Positions 25,880 to 39,559 of a stretch of 64,000 nt of DNA are shown piece after piece. Made by a program: the position numbers and the translations under genes. Numbering within the stretch: position 1 is the first letter of the stretch; each line of letters starts with the position of its first letter. The notes beneath the pieces were generated by a model that saw nothing but the letters and a program-made list of their open reading frames with translations, was not told where the DNA came from and made no database searches. The stretch comes from Camelus dromedarius (Eukaryota), in the NCBI RefSeq assembly GCF_036321535.1, contig NC_087436.1:106952001-107016000 (forward strand), written 5' to 3'.

Positions 25880-27520
25880 ATTAAATCTCTAGATTACCTC
25901 AAAAATTGAAAATCTCCCTCAAGCAGCAGTCTTTGTAGTGCAGTTCCACGTCCCGGGCTCACTCCAGATACTCAGAGACCAAGCAGCTTCTCCATCTCAC
26001 AGCTTCCCCGCTGCTCCCCACACGCCCACCTGGTCCTGCCCTGTGGGCATGCTTCCTGCTCTGGGGGCCACCACTCTGGGTTTCTAATGGGCGGGTCCTC
26101 ATCACCATTTCCACCTCACCTTAGTAAGAGAAGAATCCTGGAGAGAATATTTGGGGAAGGAAGAATCTCATGCTTAGGTCTTCTCTGTGAACGGCCACTT
26201 CCTCTGGTCCTCTCGTCCCTCCACGTGGGACAAGCCCTCTTTCTGCCACAGAGGCAGCACCCACGATACCTTTATTTTAGCTCCTCTCAGGAGGCTTTGC
26301 TGGCTCTTAACTTAGAGCAGGCCTACTTCCCCTTTGGTGATGAAAAAGATAATATCCAGATACCTTGAGAAAGATGTCAAAAGGTCCTGTTACTTAGGTC
26401 TATTGGCCTTCCATAAAGTGAATCTGAAGGTTAAATACAGCAGGTGGGGTAAGCACTTTAAATATACCTCATTATTATAACAGAGGTCAAACAACAAACA
26501 AACAAACAAATGAGGGAATGACAAGCACACCTTTATCTTTCTGTAGTATCTAATCTGTTTTCAGGAGTCCCTGACCAATGGATAGTCAGGGAGGTTTACA
26601 AAACTTACCAATTAAGAATATATCCCTCTTTCTCAATTTAAGCCACCTCTGTCTTGCAACTATCCCATCGAGACTGTCCTCCCTTCCTTTGCTCCTTATC
26701 AAGAGAGTATCTGAGAGGAGGAGAAAGCTTTCAGGCTACTATACTGGTAAAGAGGTGATAAGTCACCTCTGGCTCCCGTTCTCCACATCCGGGCAGCTGG
26801 CCTTTGAGTGAGCACTGTCAAGCATCTTTGGCAACGTACATCTGGCCCCATCCTGGGTTTCCTGGCAAGATGCGCTGCTGCTGTCAGCCCCTGGGGCTCC
26901 TGTGGTCTGTCCACTTGACTTGGTCAGGTTCTCCGTCCCATCTCACTCCTTGTTGGTGCTGGGTGTGGTGTCTCCAGAGTCCAGATTGTGACAATTGGAC
27001 CACCTCTAGCCTGAGCGCTGCTCAGCTGCCTTCAGCGATGGAGTGACATCTTCCTAACAGCAATGTTTCCTGTTAAGTTTCCCAACTGGTCCATCAACTC
27101 TCCTTTACATCCCCTGGCCCATCACACCTTCCCCCCACAAATGCTTCATCAGGCCTTTTCCCCTCAGGAGCTCAGTGTCCAGTTCTGGGTCATTAACCAG
27201 GGCTCACTCTGGCCCACCACTGCTCATTCCACCTCCTCATGTTGGAAAAGGGGCCACACAACACAGAGAACTTCTCCCAGGAGTATAAGGAGGAACTCAT
27301 CAAACCTCCTCCTTTGGTTATATTTCCCTTGGTTACAATGCCTCTTTCCTCCTGAAGGACGATCAGGAGACTTTCTCCTACTAACTCTTTCTTCTCCTTC
27401 CCACAATTGCCTGGACAGAAGGACCAGTTTTTCTTTTTCTCTCTCTCTCTGGCAATGACTTCTACCTGGCTTATTCTCTCTCTCTCTCTTTTTCTGGAAA
27501 CCCTAAACCTGACAACTTAG
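25880..27520. mobile_element. Possible ancient LTR/ERV-derived segment (GC-richer, pyrimidine-skewed)
   Basis: Compositional shift and LTR-like texture only; no family or termini established. Confidence 0.25.
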
Positions 27521-27704
27521 TTTTAATTGCAGAGAGACTGAAGAAAGGGAAATGCGCAGACATGGGTTAGAATTTTAGAAGTATTATTTTCATTACCCAT
27601 TTTACAGTATGGCTTTATTGGTGTAATAAGGGAGAGACTGATTTACAAGCAACCCTATGGGGTATTCTACTGGAGTTAGGATAGGAAGAGTATTTTGAGG
27701 TTCA

Positions 27705-27925
27705 TATCATAATAACAATAGCTAACACCTGCATAACATTGCCACATGCCAAATTCTGTTCCAAGCATATACCCCACTTCCTCAAAATAATTTTCACTAT
27801 TTTAGAAACGAGGAAGCAAAAGCATGGAGAGGTGATTGATCCAAGGCCAAAAGGCTAGTAAATGAAAGAACTGGATTTTGAACCCATTCAACTGGCTCTG
27901 GCGCTGATGCTCTTGCCACCATGCT
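27705..27925 (-). mobile_element. MIR SINE
   Basis: aataacaatagctaacac..ttttagaaacgaggaagc..ctggattttgaaccca. Confidence 0.75.
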
Positions 27926-28804
27926 CTCCTGCTTTGATGTGCTCAACCCATCCCCATTATCACCTTCCTTTCTCCCTTTTTTCTTCCACCATTTGCTTAT
28001 TGTGTGTCTTCTAGATTCTGTGCAATGTTCTAGTAGCTAGACTCTATTAATAAAGAAAAAATGATACCTGCAAAATAGAAAGTGGGGAGGAGTAGGAGAA
28101 ACAAGCATTATCTTCTTCACTACTCCAGAAACAAAAAAATCCTTTCAATAACCAAAGTGGTAAAATTTTGGCAAAGCCCACACTCGTGACATAAAGGAGC
28201 CCAGTGAAAGAACTTCCTCCCTAATCATGTTTCCCATGCTGTGTTAGTCAGAGAAGGTGACAGGATGTCATGGAAAAAATTAAAATTTTAAGGCTCAGTA
28301 GCTTAGAAAACAAAGCTGTATTTTTCGTTCTCACTAAGTCCACTGTGGATATTCGTGGTTAGGCTGTCCTCTTGGATGGACTCCCTTTGAGCAGTGACTC
28401 ACATTTATAGATTTACGAACTCTTTTTCTCTCATTCAAGTGAACAGGAAGGAGACAATGCATGGACAACCTGGAGCATTCTCATATGTGGCAGCCACTTT
28501 GCAACCACGAGGTAATAAGTTTAAGAATGGACCACTGACATCTAAGAAATGGAAAAACAAAAGGACACTTGGGTCCTTGTTGATACAATTCAAGCAAGTG
28601 AACAAAGATCTGAAACCACCTACAACCAGAAATTCCTTATGTATAAATGTCAATATCTACTTGTTTAGAACATTTGAGTTTTCTCTCACTTGCAGTGAAA
28701 CATCTCTAAACTGGTGCAAATGTGTACTATGCATTCACTTAATTTATATATATAATATACTTGTATGTTATTTAATATATTATATATCAATTTAAAAATC
28801 ACTT

Positions 28805-29535
28805 TTTATGACTTTTTGAGATATAATTCATATGTCATACAATTTACTCACTTAAAGTGTACAACTCAATGCTTTTTAGTACATTCAGAGCTGTGAAATC
28901 AATTTTAAAACATTTCTACTATCCCCAAAAGAAATCCTGTACCTATTAACAGTCACTATTTCTCATCAACCAGTCTCCCTGAAAGCTACTTTCCCTGTCT
29001 GTATTTTTGTCTATTCTAGATATTTAATATAAATGGTATCACGTAATATGTGGTCTTTTGTGACTGATTTCTTTTAATTAATATAATGTTTTCAAGTTTC
29101 ATCCATGTTGTAACATTTATCATTACTTTAATATTTTTAATTGCTGAATAGTATTCCATTGTAGAGATGTTTATTTTATTCATCCATTGAACAGTTGACA
29201 GACATTTGAGTTATTTCCATTTTGGGGCTAATATGCATGATACTGCTATGAACATACATGTACAAGTTTCTATTTTTTCTTATTTTTCATGTCTAGGAGT
29301 AAAATTGTTGTGTCATATGGTACCTCTATGTTTAATCTTTTGAGGAATTGTCAGACTGTTTTGCAAAATGTCTGTACCATTTTATATTCTCATCAGCAGT
29401 ATATGAGGGTACTGATTTTGCCACACACTCGCCAATATTTCACATTGTCTGATTTTCTGATTACAGCAGTCCAGGCAGGTGTAAAGTATTATCTCATTGT
29501 GATTTTGTTTTCCATTTTCCTGACAGCTAATGATT
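28805..29535 (-). mobile_element. L1MB-type LINE-1 3' fragment
   Basis: ttgagatataattcatatgtcatacaatttactcacttaaagtgtacaactcaatg 3' end followed by antisense ORF2 C-terminus. Confidence 0.9.
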
Positions 29536-29899
29536 AAATTCCTTTTTAAACATAGACTCATCCTAACTAAAAATATCTGTGAAATGAGAGATTTCTTTGA
29601 TAGTTATATTTTAATGCACATTACATACGTATACAACTTAATATGTGCCACACTTGAAATTTCTTTTCTTTTCTTTTATCTGCAACCCTTTTGTCAGCCT
29701 TCCTCTACTTTTTTCCCATTTCTTATATGAAAATTCCAGCAGACACGGAACCAAGTTTATCCTAAAAGAGCTGTTGAAAACCAACAACTCACATGGAAAA
29801 AGAGAGAAAAGAAAAGAAAAGATTTAACATTTCCATTGACTGCAATTTCTATATAAGCTAACAATGAAATGTGGTAGCTCAAATGATCACATGTAATAT

Positions 29900-30265
29900 T
29901 AGATAGTAGTGACCAAAGGAGATAATAGAGCTCCCCAGAAGCGGCAGCTATTTCGAGCGCTACACTGGCCATACAACAGCTGCAGAACTGGGGTTCATTC
30001 TGGGGGCCACACATATGAGAGAGACAGCAAACCCAGGTCCACAAAATGAGGACAATCCAAGTGATAAGGGTAATAAAAACAAACTCCAAATCAGAGCTCA
30101 AAGTATCTGAGGATGTTTATACTGGAAAAGAGAAACCTAGGGGGAAATGATAGTGATCTCCAGATCCTTATAAAGCAGTGAGAAACCAAAAATAGACTTG
30201 CTTTGCGCCCTGGAACTACAGCTCTCCCGCATATCTCCCCATGGGACACAGTGTTTTCCAGTTGG
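29900..30265 (+). mobile_element. L3/CR1 fragment
   Basis: gttcattctgggggccacaca..gaggatgtttatactggaaaagagaaacctagggggaaatgatag. Confidence 0.55.
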
Positions 30266-30741
30266 TAAGTGAATCCCAAAGGACTAAAAATAATTAAAAA
30301 CCACAATTCTGGGATTGAGTCTTACTTGTTATAAACTAGAGAAGATTGGGGCTATTCTTACAGCATACTTCTGTTCATTTGTTATTGAGAGAGATACAGG
30401 TGAATTTATATCCAGTATAACAGGAATTACACTTTGTCATCCCCAAGGGACTGTGAGTCACTCAGGAAGTTAGAACCAGTGTCTGGGAATTACATACAGC
30501 CTGACTTCAATTCAATATAATGATACACGATCTAATAGCGGAAAGGTCGGAATGTAACCTGAAAATACACAGATGCTAGTAGATGAATCCTGATACTCAA
30601 TATGTGGCTGGACTGGATGTCTAACTTCCAATAAAAATAATATGTTTTTTATTAAAAAAAGAAAGCTGGGACTTTTTGACTTTCTCTTCTGCTTTTAGCT
30701 TTAAGATTTCCCATATTCCTCCTAAATGTTTGTTGTGTATA

Positions 30742-31210
30742 TCCCAGCCTTTCCCAAAATGTGGAACGCTTATTTTGTAACTTATGATTTTAGCAGGTAC
30801 ATGTAATCAGTTTAGTTTGTGGTACATAAACTTCCAATCAAATAGAAAGATATAGTCATCTCAGTTCTTTCAGTCTTTCAGATTAAGTCAGGGAGAAATT
30901 CTCAGTTTAATTCTGTCCATCTTTAATACGTCTTAAATTCTTGCCCATCTTCTTATAGTCAGACTTTTCTAGGCAACACAATACTATGTAGAATATTATT
31001 GTGATTTCATTTCACCTTTGTACGGTTACTTTCTGTATAATTGATTTTCATTTATACTGGAAATATAAACTTTCTTTTTTATGCAAAACTATTTAAAACA
31101 AAAAAGTAAATAAATATCAAGAACAATATTAAGTAACAGTACAGTTGGTACAAGACATGGATAAATTTGAAAAGATGGTTTGATGGTGACTGGGCTTTAG
31201 AAAACTCCCT
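30742..31210. mobile_element. Probable hAT-Charlie DNA transposon remnant
   Basis: Starts cagcctttcccaaaatgtgg (Charlie-like TIR); AT-rich body with ggtaca motifs. Confidence 0.4.
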
Positions 31211-31389
31211 ATCACCATCCTGAAACATACAAAATACTGTAGTGGGGAGATATGCGTATTTTTATTCTTCACTTTGGCATCCATTCTTCTATTTAGATGA
31301 CCTTCTCTTCTCCCTCCTCATTCACACGGGATTTCCTATGCACGTTCATGGCAGCCTGTAACTATCCCTATTAAGGAACATAATCTTCT

Positions 31390-31885
31390 GTCTTTAATTG
31401 CCTTTTTACTAGTCTATCTATGCCTTCAGAATGTAAACTCCTTGCAAAAAAAGCAATAGACCTAGAATCATTATTTTCCCCAGTGAAATGTTTGTGATAT
31501 ATCAGAGTTCCAATAACTTTGGTTGAATAAATAAAATTACCTACAAATAGAATCATGGTTTGCATGCCCAATCTAAGCATGTAGATCCTTTTCCCTCTTG
31601 AGAAATGCTGTACTCTGTACTTACTTCTGCTCATTTGGCTGCCTTCATGCTACAGACCCCTGTTACAATATTCTGCTCTCAGATCATACATTGCTATAAT
31701 ATATTTATTATGTCTCCAAAGTGTTTAGGTTTTCTCTGTCAGTTTTGTTTGATCTTAATGTATAAGTTTTTGGAAGACAAAGTGGAGACCATGTCAAACT
31801 TTCCCTCCCATCAAGCAAAATGTGATAACAAATTAAGCATACCATGAAAGCATTCTACATGGTGTGCATTTAACTCATTAAAAGA
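31390..31885 (+). mobile_element. L2 3' end fragments
   Basis: agaatgtaaactccttgc..ttggttgaataaataaa and tataagtttttggaagacaa. Confidence 0.55.
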
Positions 31886-32624
31886 ATGGCCACTAATGGT
31901 TGGATAAAACGTGCTGTGCCCTTTAATATTGCTGGTCTAAGAAGCTATGCCCATGAGTTTCTTTTAAGTCTCTGGGACTTAATCCTGTAATGGAGGAAAT
32001 TCATTCATAGGTAAATAACTGGAAATATCATCTAATGCAAGAATTTTAAAAAATCCCAAATTCTTTGAGGCACCTCTGCTTCCTTCCCAAGTTTCAACTG
32101 TGATTAAGTACTATTTAGTTTATACTTGATTTATAGGATTCTGCTTTTTCTCTGTCAAGGAAAACCGGAGTTTTTAATACCACTGTCATGTCTGTCATTT
32201 CTTCTGCCACGTTCTTAAAGTTAGAGCTGGAATGTTTGATTTATTGAAACTGCTTCTAAAACTGACCATATTTGATTATTCATTTCTGTATCACTTCTTT
32301 TAGAAGAGTGCCTGTTTCCCCAGGTTAACAGTGGCTCTCCACGTCTTACCCATGAAGGCATGGGAAGAAAACTGTATAAACCTTACTTTTTACTCAATCG
32401 TGTGGACCCAAAATGTATCTATGGTGACAAAATCTCCACAAGTCTAGCAGCTAATCTGCCAGAGTTGTCCTCCTCAAAATGACATATTAACCTATCTTTC
32501 TTGTTTTAGATGTGGTAATTCATCTTTAAATAAATGATTTGTGTGATTTTAAAGCTCTTTCTCCCTCTTCTCAGACCTCAGCTTGTTTTATTTCTCCTTC
32601 TGTGTTCTAAGATAAGGATGAGAA

Positions 32625-32747
32625 TATATTTCTCATTGGAAACAAATCAAGTGAGAGGATGGTGGAACATCTTTAAAGCACTGACGGAGGAAACTGCCAA
32701 CTGGGAATTTTATATCTGGTGAAAATACCTTTGCAAAACAAAAGCAA
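32625..32747 (+). mobile_element. Old L1 (L1ME-like) ORF1 3' fragment, host of the following L1
   Basis: Translates WWNIFKAL..NWEFYI, similar to ORF1p WNxIFKVLK..QPRILYP. Confidence 0.65.
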
Positions 32748-35700
32748 GACTTCTGGTTTCTGCTCCAATATGTTAAGAGCTTGGAAGTCATCACTTTCAT
32801 CCTTACAACAAGAAAAAGGCTGAACAAACTGAAAATCAATGACTTTTCTTAGACCCATCAGATTTGAGGTCATAGAGAAAACTGCCACCCTCAAAACTGG
32901 AGAGACAAGAGAATACAGAAAATCACAGTCAAGATCACCTGACCTGTAGCAGAAGCCACTGGAGCCATGAAGTGGTAGGAATGCTTGAAAAGTAATTCTG
33001 ACAAATTGCTGAAGCCTGAGTGTGGCCTAGTGTGGGAATGAGAAACTCCTAGGGTCTGCAATCTTAAACCCCTCCTCTCCTCACCCACAAACATATGTTT
33101 TCATGGGATTTACCTCCAGGAACTCCATCATGTTCTTGAATTAAAAAAACCAAGAAACATCCCCTTGGATTTTAGGCAGGGGGGTTGGTGATAAAAGGAA
33201 CCATTTGAAATATATCCAGAACATCCTTCAAAACAAAAGTCTGCTCTCCAAGGACACCTGCCTAAAACAGCCTTGCTACCTGGAAGAAGGGCAATTAGGA
33301 AATTCCATCCCTCGGCAGCTTTCCTGACTCACTTAGAGGAGGGGAAGAAAAGATTAAGAAACACTTCTGAAGGTCACAACCCAGGGATTCAGTCCAAATA
33401 AGACACTGAGAATTAATCATAATGTTATAGAATATTTCCCCTATCCCAGTCCTTACCACCACACGGACAGGGCTCTGGTGTAATTACAGTGTATTACAAC
33501 CGAAAGAGCTGGAAGATACAGACTAACGTCAAGCAGATGCTCTTAGAGAAGCCCAGGGACGACAGAGGAGGGAGAGAAATAAAGGAGAACACTGAAGGAA
33601 GCTGTAGCCTTTAGCACTGAGATATACAGAAAGCAGTAAGTACATTCTAGCTCCTAGCTAGATTAATACAAAACCTCACAATAAAGGTATCTTTACCACA
33701 GTCCTTATTACTCAATATATCATATCTAGCTTTCAACAAAAAATACGAAGTATACTAAAGGCAAGAAGAAAGCACACTGAGGAGTCAAAACAAGCATAAG
33801 CAGCAGTCTCAGACATGAACACAAATTTGGGAGCTATCAGGTAGGAGATTTAAATAACCATGATTATTATCTTAATTGCTCTTGTGGAAAAGGTATATAA
33901 CATGCAAGAATAAGTGGTAAGCAGAGAGACGGAAACTGTATAAAAATAAAAAGGAAATGATAAAAATCAAAACACTGTAACAGAAACAATAACTTCCTCT
34001 GATGGGCTCACCTGTAGACTAGAAAGAATCAGTAAGCTTGCAGATATGTGAATAGAAACTTCTCAAATGAAATGCAAAGTAAAAACAAAACAAAAAAAAG
34101 AATGTGAAACAGATTGTAGAAAAAGTGAGGGACAATCATGAAACTGTTACATATGCATAATTATTACATATGAGAAGGAGAAGAATGAGAGAGAAAAAGC
34201 AGGAGAATTTTTTGAATTAATAATGCCTGAAAACTTTCCAGAATTAATGGCAGACTCCAAATAACAGATCTAGGAAGCTCAGGTAACACCAAACAAGGAA
34301 AATATAAAAAATAAGCAAAAGAAATCCCTATATGTAGGCAAACAATATTCAAATAACAGTAAACCAAAGACAAAGAAAAAAGTCTGCAATTTTCGAATTC
34401 CCAATTTATCCCTTCCCAGCCCCTTTAACTCCTGGTAATCATAAGTTTGTCAAGAACCCACTTTGAATATAAAGACACAGGTTAAAAGAAAAAGGATGGA
34501 GAAACATGTTCCATGTTAACATTAATCAAAAGAAAATGGAAATCCTATATTAATCTCAGATGAAGCAAACTTCAGCATAAGAAAAATTGTTAGAGTATTA
34601 TATATTGATAAATGGGGTTAATTCTCCGAGAAGACATAACAATCATTAGCATGCATGTCATCAAAATACATAAGGTAAAAACTGATTGAAAAGCAAATAG
34701 AAATAAATTTGCTACTAGAGTTGTAGACTTCATTACCCTTCTTTCAGTAACTGATAGATACAGCCCGCAGAAAATCAGAAAAGGTAGAGTTGAAATGAAC
34801 ACCACCATTAGTCAATTGGATCTATTTAATATCTAGAGAATATTTCATTTAACAACAGTAGAATACACATTTTTCTCAAGCTTAAATGCAACACTCACCA
34901 AGATAGTTGACATCTTGGTCGTAAAGACACCTTAACAAATTTAAAACAACAGAAATCATACAAAGTATGTTTCTAGACCGCAATGGAATTAAACTAGAAT
35001 TCAATAACAGACAGACAGCTGGAAAACCTCAAACTTTTGGGGGTTTAAAAAACACAAATCTAAATAACACATAGGTCAAAAAAAAATCCTCATGAGAAAA
35101 TTTAAAATAATTTGAACTAAGTAAAATGAAAATACAACTTAAGATTTATGTGATGCAACAAAAGCAGTGTTTAAAGGGAAATTTATAGCTTTGAATGCAT
35201 ATATTAAAAAAGAAGAAAAATCTAAAATCAATTATCTAAGAAGAGCAATTTAATCCTAATGCAAATAGAAGAAAATAAATATGAAAAACTAAAGTAGAAA
35301 TGACTGAAATTAAAATCAGGAAATCAATAGAGAACATTTACAAAACAAAATGCTGTTTGAAAAATCAGTACAATTGATAAACTTCTGGCTAGACTAATAA
35401 GGGAAAACTAAGGCACAGACTACTAATATCATAAATGAAGTGTCATCACCACAGATGCACACAGGCCCTCCTCAATTAAAATGACAATAAAGCAATGTTA
35501 TGAGCAACTCTAGGCCCCAAAATTTGGTAATTTAGATGAAATGGACCAATTCTTTGAGAGACACACACTACCCAAACTCTTACAAATGCAAAAATAATCA
35601 AATTGGCCTTTAATTATCAAAGAGATTTAACAAATAATTAATAATCTTCTAAAACAGAGAGCACCTGACCAAGATGGTTTCACTGATGAATTCTACCAAT

Positions 35701-38700
35701 TTTTAAGAAAGAAACAATTTCAATTCTTTACAATGTCTTCCAGAAAACAGAAACAGAAGGAACATTTCCTAACTCTGATGCCAGCATTACACTAATACCA
35801 AAACCAGATAAAGACATTACAAAAAAGAATACTACATGTCAATAGCTTTTATGAACATAGAGCAAAATCATCAATAAAATATTAGCAAATGGAATTCAAC
35901 ATTCTACAAAAAGAATTATACAAAATGACAAAGTGGGATTTATTCCAGTTATGCAAAGCCAGTTCCACATTTGATAATCAATTTATGTAATCTACCATAT
36001 CAATAGGCTAAAGAAGAAAAATCATATCAATTGAGGCAGAAAACTCATTGGACAAAATTCAATATGCATTCATGATAAAATCTCTCAAGAAAGAAAGAAT
36101 AGAAGGTAACTTCCTCACTTTCAAAAATAACACCTACAAACTAACTCCAGCTAACATCATAATTAATAGTGAGTTATCAAGATAATTTTCCCTTAAGATC
36201 AGGAATAAGGAAAGAATGTTCTCTTCTGCCCACTCTTTTCCCACATTGTACTAGAGTCCTACCTAGTGCAATAAGTCAAGGAAAGGTAACAAAGATACGC
36301 AGATCAGAAATAAAGAAAACTGTCTCTTTTTTTTTTCATAGGTGACAAATTGTCTATGTAGGAAAACCCAACGAACTGACAACAATTCAGAGCCTAATAA
36401 GTGATTATAACAAGGTTATGGGATGCAGAGTTAATATACAAAACTCAATTGCTTTCCATTATACTAGCAAAGAACTATTGGAATTTGAAAGTAAAATACA
36501 ATGTCATTTACATTAACATCAAAAATAAAATATTTAGGTACACATTTAACAAAACACAGGATCTATATGGGTAAAACTGTTAAACTTTAATGAAAATATT
36601 TTTTAAAATCTAAATAAATGGATAGATAGTCCATGTTTATGAGTTGGCAGACTCAATATTTTTGAGATGTCAGTTGTTCCCGACTCGATCTACTGATTCA
36701 ACACAATCCAGTAAGATGTTTTGTGGATATTGACAAAAATGCTTCTAAGGTTTATACGAAAATGCAAAAGATCAAGAATAATCAAAACAATACTGAAGAA
36801 AAAGAACAAAGTGGAGGACAGACATTATTCAACCTCAAACTTACTATAAAGCTACAGTGTAAAGACATCACAGTATTAACAAAAGAATAAACACTTAGAT
36901 CCAGGGAAAAGAACAGTGAGCCTAGAATTTGACCCACAAAAGTATAATTAACTGATCTTTGATAAAAGAGCAAAGGTAATACAATGGAGTAGAATCTTTT
37001 TTTTCAACAAACAGTACTGGATATCCATATTAAAAAGAATTAATCTAGCCACATAACCCAGACATCTTACAAAAATTAACTCAAAATCAATCACAGATCT
37101 AAATTTAAAAAAATGTAAAAATGTAAAACTTCTAGAGAAAAATATAGAATAAAATCTAGGTGAACTTAGAATTCCTAATGAGTTTTCAGATACAACCCAA
37201 AGTATAAACCCTGATAGAAAAAAATTAATAAATTAGACTTATTAAAATTTAAATCTTCTGCTCTGCCAAGGATGCTGTTAAGAGAATGAAAAGACAAGCC
37301 ACTGAGTGTAAGAAAATATTGGGGAAATACATATTTGATAAAGGCCTAATGTCCAAAATATGCAAAGAACTCTGACACTCAAGAACACCAATAATTCAAG
37401 TTAAAAATGGGCAAAGATTTGATTTTATAAACAGATAAAAAAATAAGCATATAAAAAGTGCTCAAATACCTGCAATATGGAATCAAAAATTAATACAACA
37501 AGGAGGTAGTACCACACGACTAGAATGGCTAAAATCCAAAACACTGACGATACCAAATGCTGACGAGGATGAGACACAACAGGAACCCTGATTCATTGGT
37601 GGAGGAAATGCAAAATAGTACAGCTGCTCTGCAAGACAGTTTGGCAGTTTCTTAGAAAGCTAAACACATTCTTACCAAAGATATAATCCAGCAATCATGT
37701 TCCTAGATATCTGCACAGATGAGTTGAAAAATTAAGTCCACAAAAAAACCTGTACCTGAATAATGATTTTATTCATAATTGCTTAAAATTAAATGCAACT
37801 AATATTCCTCAAATAAATAAATAGATAAACAAACGGAGGTATATCCATACAATATTATTAAATAATAAAAGGAAAATCTATTAAAGCCACATAAAAAGAC
37901 ATGGAAGAATCTTAAATTCATTGTTAAATGAAATAAGCTATTCTGAAAAGGCCACAACCTGCAAGGTTCAAAATATATGACATTCTGAAAAAAGCAAATA
38001 TATAGAGTTGGTAAAAAGATCAGTGGTCCTCAGGAGTTCGAGTTTGAGGAAATAAACAGATAAAGAACAAGAGATTTTTAGTGAGGTAAAACTATTCTGT
38101 ATAATGCTGTAATAATGGACACATAACTATGTATTATTAAAAATAACAACAGTTCAAAAATTGAAAAAAGTTGTATGCAAAATTTTAAATATTATTTAAG
38201 AAGTAGAGAATCCTAGTAGAGAATGTAGAGAATGACAAGAGAATATAATTATACCACAAATGTATAAAATGACCTGAATGAAGGAAGAAGGTGAAAGCTG
38301 CTGACCTAAATAACATTGGAAATGAATGTGGTCCACAAGACTAAAGGCAAAAGGAACTGTACAAAAGTCCTTTAGTAGATAGTTTTCCATGAACATAGAT
38401 TAACACTATAATACTGCTATAAATACTGGAATTGAACAGTTAAGTAAAAGAATGGGGGGTGTCAGATGTCAGGTTTGTAACCATTGGAGTGGAAATTTAG
38501 ATTAGCAAAGGGAGAAAGCTAGAATGATCCACATTTTAATAGTTAGATTTGGAGCCATCAGTATGAACTCATGTTTAACATAATATAGGTACCAATGCCT
38601 ATATACAGAAATATGCATAAGTATGTGTATTTACACGGTTAGTATACACACATAGCTCTCCTTGCTTGGTCAGCTGAGAGGGCGAAAAAAAAAAAAAAAT

Positions 38701-39550
38701 GACCCTCTAGTAACAATGAGCACGTCTAGCCTCCAGATACTGATTTCTAACGTCATTCTCCAATAAGAGGAAGCAAGACTTCTCAAAGAAACAGCTGGTT
38801 CTTGGACTGGGACGGGAAATGTACAAAATGAACCTGGAGCATTTTACAATGGCAGAAAGTAAGACAGTTCTTAAAATTAAAAAATCTTAAAAATTGATGT
38901 GGATTGTCAAAAGGGCACATTGAAAAAGTTTCCAAAGGCCAAATTTGGAATAATTTGAGCAAAAAAATAAAAAAAAATCTCTAGTGCAAAAGAATTTCAA
39001 GTAAATTATGCAAATAATCCACTATAAAGGAGGTGGATCATGACTCCTCACTCCTTAAGTGTAGACAGCACAAAACAACTACCTTCCTAAGGGGACAGTA
39101 TGAAAACAAGGAAAAGAAAAAAAGTAACTTTGCAGCAGAGAAACCTGAAAAACACTACCTCAGCAAGGTGCTCAAAGTTGACATCCAGAGTGATAAGAAG
39201 TCATGCTGATAGAAAGTACTCTTGAGATGATGTGATGAAACGGCACTTTACCTCTGTGATCTTCCTCCCCAAGACCTACAACCTCAGTCTAATCATCAGA
39301 AACACATCAGCTACAAACCAATTGAAGAATATTTTACAAAACCTGACCAGTATCCCTCAAATTTGTCAAGGTCATCAAAAAACAAGGAAATTTTGAGAAA
39401 CTGTCACAACCAAAAAGAGTCTAAGGAGCCATAGCAACTAAATGTAATGTGGCATCTTAGATGGAACCCTGGAGCAGAAAAATAGTAGATCGAAAACTAG
39501 AGAAATCTGAATAAACCATGAACAATAGGATATCAATATTGGTTCACCAA
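32748..39550 (+). mobile_element. Near full-length decayed L1MC/L1MD-type LINE-1 (~6.8 kb)
   Basis: 5' end gacttctggtttctgctcc..; ORF1 piece; ORF2 EN/RT/C-terminal remnants (gatggtttcactgatgaattctacca, aagtgggatttattccag); long L1MC3-like 3'UTR 38200-39550. Confidence 0.9.
34383..34450 (-). mobile_element. ~70 bp fragment of a younger L1 3'UTR in antisense
   Basis: tctgcaattttcgaattcccaatttatcccttcccagccc..ggtaatcataagtttgt aligns by eye with 15860-15926. Confidence 0.75.
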
Positions 39551-39559
39551 TCCTTTAAG

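Noticed and set aside
26087..27458. Several 60-131 aa ORFs
   Set aside because: No domain similarity or consistent splice structure; expected in GC-richer, probably repeat-derived sequence.
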